In this document: in pieces, positions 60,167 to 64,000 of the stretch
Numbering within the stretch: the stretch's first letter is position 1
How the letters are laid out: every line of letters begins with the position of its first letter
NCBI GenBank assembly: GCA_977862235.1
Contig: OZ374558.1
Coordinates: 310,001 to 374,000, forward strand
Origin: Dudresnaya verticillata
Taxonomy: Eukaryota
DNA length: 64,000 nucleotides
Direction of reading: 5' to 3'
Program-made: the position numbers and the translations under genes
Notes under the pieces: model-generated
Database searches by the model: none
Seen by the model: only the letters and a program-made list of their open reading frames with translations
What the model was told of the DNA's origin: nothing

Positions 60167-60274
60167 CGTCGGACGGTGATAAAGCGCCGTCGGCTAGCCT
60201 CTCTGCCGATCAAAATACATCGTCGGTCGGTGATAAAGCGCCGCCGGCTAGCCTCTCTGCCGATCAAAATATAT
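60167..60274. repeat. 54-bp tandem duplication
   Basis: CGTCGG(A/T)CGGTGATAAAGCGCCG(T/C)CGGCTAGCCTCTCTGCCGATCAAAATA(C/T)AT occurs twice. Confidence 0.92.
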
Positions 60275-60424
60275 TCTTTTATTTGTTCCATGCCTCTCTC
60301 TCAAGGCGGAAAGAGGGACCCACTAGATCGCTCACTCCAACGCCAGCTCTGCCCAGCCATTTTCCAGCACAACTCCAACTCCTAGTATTCTCATCCTTCC
60401 ATTCCGTTACATCAGAGCGTACCA

Positions 60425-61447
60425 ATGTCTGCAACGGATTGCGCCAAACAATCGGCTGACTACAAGGCGGCTTGTAAAATTCTTCGAGCACACAACTCGC
60501 CATGCGTTGATCTGTTGATTCAAGTCATGGCGCAACCAAGTGATTCCGAGTCCAAATCGATTGAAAGAGTTCGGCACTTTCTTGAAAATTCCCGTAAGTG
60601 TGGAGGAACCGTGACTGTATGCAAGAATGTTGCGAACCTGCTATGGAATCCGGCGAGTGACAAAGACAGCCTGCGAGGGTCTCGAGCAGCCTACCATTGG
60701 ACCCATAAGATGTACACTATGGCAGCCTACGGGCATTCAGACCCAGAGGCCAAGATGAAACTAGCTGGCCTCTTTGAAGAAGGATATCGTGGCAGAGGAC
60801 AAGCGCTGGACATAGCCGAAGAATTGTATTCAGAAATCATTGCCATGGGACAGGATACGGATGGGAATGCATTGTGTAGGCTTGGCAAGATTCTCTACAA
60901 AGGTATGGACAAGGTCAAGAAGGACGAGGCAAGAGCTACATCGCTGTTTCGAAAAGCAGTAGAGCAAAAGGGAAATGTAGAAGCTTGTTATTATTTAGCT
61001 TGTACTCTCCAGGATCACCCGAGATGTTCCGACGGTGAACATCAAGATGAAGTCAAAGAGCTACTGGAACGAAGCGTTTCTGGGATAGAAATCGCTGATG
61101 CCATGTTTCGTCTTGCCGAATGCATTCTCAAAGAAGACAAATGTCGGGCAGTTTCACTATTGGAGCGAGCAATTTCTTTGGAGCATCATGTCAAGGCAAA
61201 GGTAAAACTTGCTCGCATTCTCATACAAGGAACTCAGGGTATTGAACGGAATGTGCTTCGAGCCTCAGAGCTTTGCAAGGAGGTTTTGGCGACTGAGAGC
61301 AACGCCGACGCCTTGTTCGTCATGGGGTTTCTGGAAAACGACCCCAGAACCGCGTCCGCTCTCTTCGTCAGTGGTCTTAGACATAAATACGACTGGGATG
61401 CAGTTGTGGCCCTGGCCCATGCGTTCCTCCTTCACGAAAAGTCATAG
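60425..61447 (+). CDS. SEL1-like (TPR-class) repeat protein
   Basis: Repeats A..GH...AKMKLAGLFEEG, ALCRLGKILYKG..VKKDEARATSLFRKAVEQKGNVEACYYLA, AKVKLARILIQGTQGIERNV.RA.EL. May extend to 61508 via a frameshift at ~61440. Confidence 0.85.
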   Translation: MSATDCAKQSADYKAACKILRAHNSPCVDLLIQVMAQPSDSESKSIERVRHFLENSRKCGGTVTVCKNVANLLWNPASDKDSLRGSRAAYHWTHKMYTMAAYGHSDPEAKMKLAGLFEEGYRGRGQALDIAEELYSEIIAMGQDTDGNALCRLGKILYKGMDKVKKDEARATSLFRKAVEQKGNVEACYYLACTLQDHPRCSDGEHQDEVKELLERSVSGIEIADAMFRLAECILKEDKCRAVSLLERAISLEHHVKAKVKLARILIQGTQGIERNVLRASELCKEVLATESNADALFVMGFLENDPRTASALFVSGLRHKYDWDAVVALAHAFLLHEKS

Positions 61448-61991
61448 AATCGCTGTCGCGAAGGATTTAGTGGCAGAGGCTAATATGAAACAGAAGCAAG
61501 GATCTTGAGACAGAGTGTCGTCGGATGAGTTTAGTCCAATTCCGAAAGGCTTTGTGAGACATATCGCAACTCTGAAGTCCCCATGGCTTCCGGATGCAAC
61601 GGAGCACCGCAAATGTTCAACGCGGAATTAATGGGGTACTCTGGAAACTCCAAGGCGAGGAGCTACTTTAACCCATGACGCAGCTTCGCAGCTTCAGAAT
61701 CTTGGCCTAGCAATGCTCTGTAATTTAATTCCACGAACCAGTCCCAGCAGTTCCCAGGGGAAGTGATATGGAAACCCCCTGCGGTGTTGTACTCACTATT
61801 GATTGTTGTAAATTTAGCAAACAGCTGAAACGAATAGCGATATTTACAGTAGAGTACGTTATCTACAACTCGGCACGATGGGAAGGTTGGCGACAGGTAT
61901 TGTGGTGGCAAGATCTTCTTATTCTTTAAAAGATTGTGTCCCAATACCTATATTTATAGTACTGTTCGATTGCGTTCGCAATGTATCTAAG

Positions 61992-63545
61992 TTAATGGTC
62001 ATCGTCAGAGGAGTCGTCATCTGACGAATCGCCACCATCCGAAGAATCATCGTCCGAAGAGTCATCATCTGAAGAGTCACCGTCGCGTTCATCATCTCCA
62101 TTCCCACCTGAACCGGAACGATGGAAGCATTTGACCCTGGAGGCGTGCGTGTTGAAGACGCATTTAAATCCCCAACACTTCTTGGTACTACACTGGAAGC
62201 TAGAAGAGCAGCGACCGCATTCTGGAGTGAAGCACTTGTTCATTGAAGCCTGAGTGTCGAAAACACACTTATGGCCCCAGCACTTTCCAGTACTACACTG
62301 GGAACTCGACGAGCAGCGGGCACATTCCGGGAAGAAGCATTTCTTCTTCGACTCGGAAGTATCGAAAACGCACTTGTGGCCCCAACACTTCCTCGTGCTA
62401 CACTGTGCAGCGAACAAGCACCCTGCACATTCTGGAAGGAAACATTTCTTCCGGGACTCCAGAGTTCCCTTGTTACACTTCTTGGGATGCCCATCGCAGA
62501 TACCAGATGCGCAATCTGCCGATGCAGTACACAGTTCACACTCCCCCTTCTTGAGACACTTGCCCCTGGAGGCTTCAGTATCAAAGACGCACTTTCCTTG
62601 CACGCAATTCTGGGTGGCACATTGCAAACCATTTATGCATGGGGCGCACTCGGGAAGGAAACACTTGTCCAGGGTCTTCTGCTTTCCATCTACACACTTC
62701 TTCGGAATACCCTCACATTTTCCAGACTTACACTCATCACCTGATGAACAAGGCTTGCATCTCCCCTTCCCAAAGCATCGCTTACTGTTCCCAACACTTC
62801 CCTTTACGCACTTTTTGTTACGGCAGGTCTGCGAACCGCACTGCCCATCTTGTGAGCAGCGCTTGCATTCCTTAAGGAAGCACTTCTCAAGTGACCGGGG
62901 AGTACCATCATTGCACTTCTTGGGGATTCCGGAGCACTTTCCAGACGCGCACTCAGAAGCAGCCGAACATGGAGCACATTCCTTCTTCGAGAAGCACTTC
63001 GCCCTGGATGCAGAAGAGTCGAAAATACACTTCCCTTTCTCACAAAGGCCGGTAGAACACTCCCCAGACTCTCGACAGGGGCGACACTCCTTCAAGAAAC
63101 ACTTACGCAGCGACTTCTTCGAGCCGCTATTACATTTCTTCGGAATACCAGAGCACTTTGATTGTTGGCATTCGGCGACAGAATCACACGGAGCGCACTC
63201 AGGCTTCTTCGGCCTTGGCGATGGCGAGGGAGATGGCGAGGGCCTCGGGCTTGATGAAGGCTTGATGAAGCACTTGTCCTTAGACGCAGTGGTGTCGAAT
63301 ACACATTTGCCACCCCAACACTTCTTAGTAGCGCACTGAAACAGGGAAGTGCAAGGGCTACACTCCGGCTTGAACCCGCATCGCAATAGTGACGAAAAGG
63401 AGCCGTTGGTGCACTTCCGTCCCCAGCACTTGAACGACTGGCACTGAGAGGAGTAGAAACAAGTGTGGCACTCGGGACGGCGAAAGGTTGCAAGGGCTGG
63501 TGCGGTCAAAGCCAGCAGAAGAATAGCTGCAGTGAGGTGGGCCAT
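61992..63545 (-). CDS. Secreted cysteine-rich repeat protein (12 six-Cys repeats, Ser-Pro linker, Asp/Ser tail)
   Basis: ATG 63545 followed by signal peptide MAHLTAAILLLALTAPALA. Repeat C-x2-C-x5-C-x4-C-x4/6-C-x10-C. Confidence 0.88.
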   Translation of the reverse strand: MAHLTAAILLLALTAPALATFRRPECHTCFYSSQCQSFKCWGRKCTNGSFSSLLRCGFKPECSPCTSLFQCATKKCWGGKCVFDTTASKDKCFIKPSSSPRPSPSPSPSPRPKKPECAPCDSVAECQQSKCSGIPKKCNSGSKKSLRKCFLKECRPCRESGECSTGLCEKGKCIFDSSASRAKCFSKKECAPCSAASECASGKCSGIPKKCNDGTPRSLEKCFLKECKRCSQDGQCGSQTCRNKKCVKGSVGNSKRCFGKGRCKPCSSGDECKSGKCEGIPKKCVDGKQKTLDKCFLPECAPCINGLQCATQNCVQGKCVFDTEASRGKCLKKGECELCTASADCASGICDGHPKKCNKGTLESRKKCFLPECAGCLFAAQCSTRKCWGHKCVFDTSESKKKCFFPECARCSSSSQCSTGKCWGHKCVFDTQASMNKCFTPECGRCSSSFQCSTKKCWGFKCVFNTHASRVKCFHRSGSGGNGDDERDGDSSDDDSSDDDSSDGGDSSDDDSSDDDH

Positions 63546-64000
63546 GTTGCGATCGCCTTTGAGAGAGGGATTGAAAACTTCCCTCTTTGCAGACGGAAGC
63601 TGTTCCAAATCGAGTTAAGTACGTTTTGGGCTCAGATTCTGTGCCCGGCTTCTCGTTCCTGGGATTCTTCTGGAGGAAAGTTCCCTCCTAGAGGAACCAA
63701 GAAGTGGGCTGCTGACAAGAGCAATGCGACCCAGCAAGAGGCTGCCACCAGCATGGGTTGGGCAAAGTGACCAGACCGAGAGCACAGGCCCCACTGCTCA
63801 GTCCATTTCGGGACGTGCCTGTCGGAATTGCAAATGCGTGCCCTTTCTTGGGATATCGTTCTGAGCTTACCTGAGATCGTCTCACCATGAGTAGAGCAAA
63901 AAGAAAAGTATATTATGGTGTAGAGTTGGGGTGGTCGCGTGGGATAGCAAGATAAGCTAAACTACAGCCAGAGGGCATTGACTGTAAACTTGTGCGGCTG

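Noticed and set aside
62254..63339. 361-aa His-rich ORF on the plus strand
   Set aside because: Antisense shadow of the Cys-rich gene: the His periodicity mirrors the TGC/TGT codons.

Overview
Eukaryotic, transposon-dense DNA. The gene style and TE lineages are most consistent with a red alga, but that is inference. About 55 kb is a nest of retroelements. It holds two full-length chromodomain Ty3/Gypsy elements with LTR pairs and target-site duplications: 8008-13433 with apparently identical LTRs, and 41842-55168 at 13.3 kb. It also holds several decayed Gypsy copies, a decayed Ty1/Copia, at least six solo or partial LTRs (two cases of a solo LTR inside a solo LTR), and two 3' remnants of RLE-type (CRE-like) non-LTR retrotransposons. 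The last 7 kb has three probable host genes: an orphan ORF, a SEL1-repeat protein and a secreted 12x six-Cys repeat protein. Three signals stand out. (1) Two large Gypsy elements carry long antisense accessory ORFs between the chromodomain and the 3' LTR, and these seem to share a Trp/Tyr-rich motif. (2) One of those two elements is seeded throughout with TGGCC(A). (3) A small Gypsy clade lacks a tRNA-type PBS and has a conserved 14-bp palindrome, ACAGAAATTTCTGT, straddling the 5' LTR end. All boundaries and counts were read by eye and no database searches were run.
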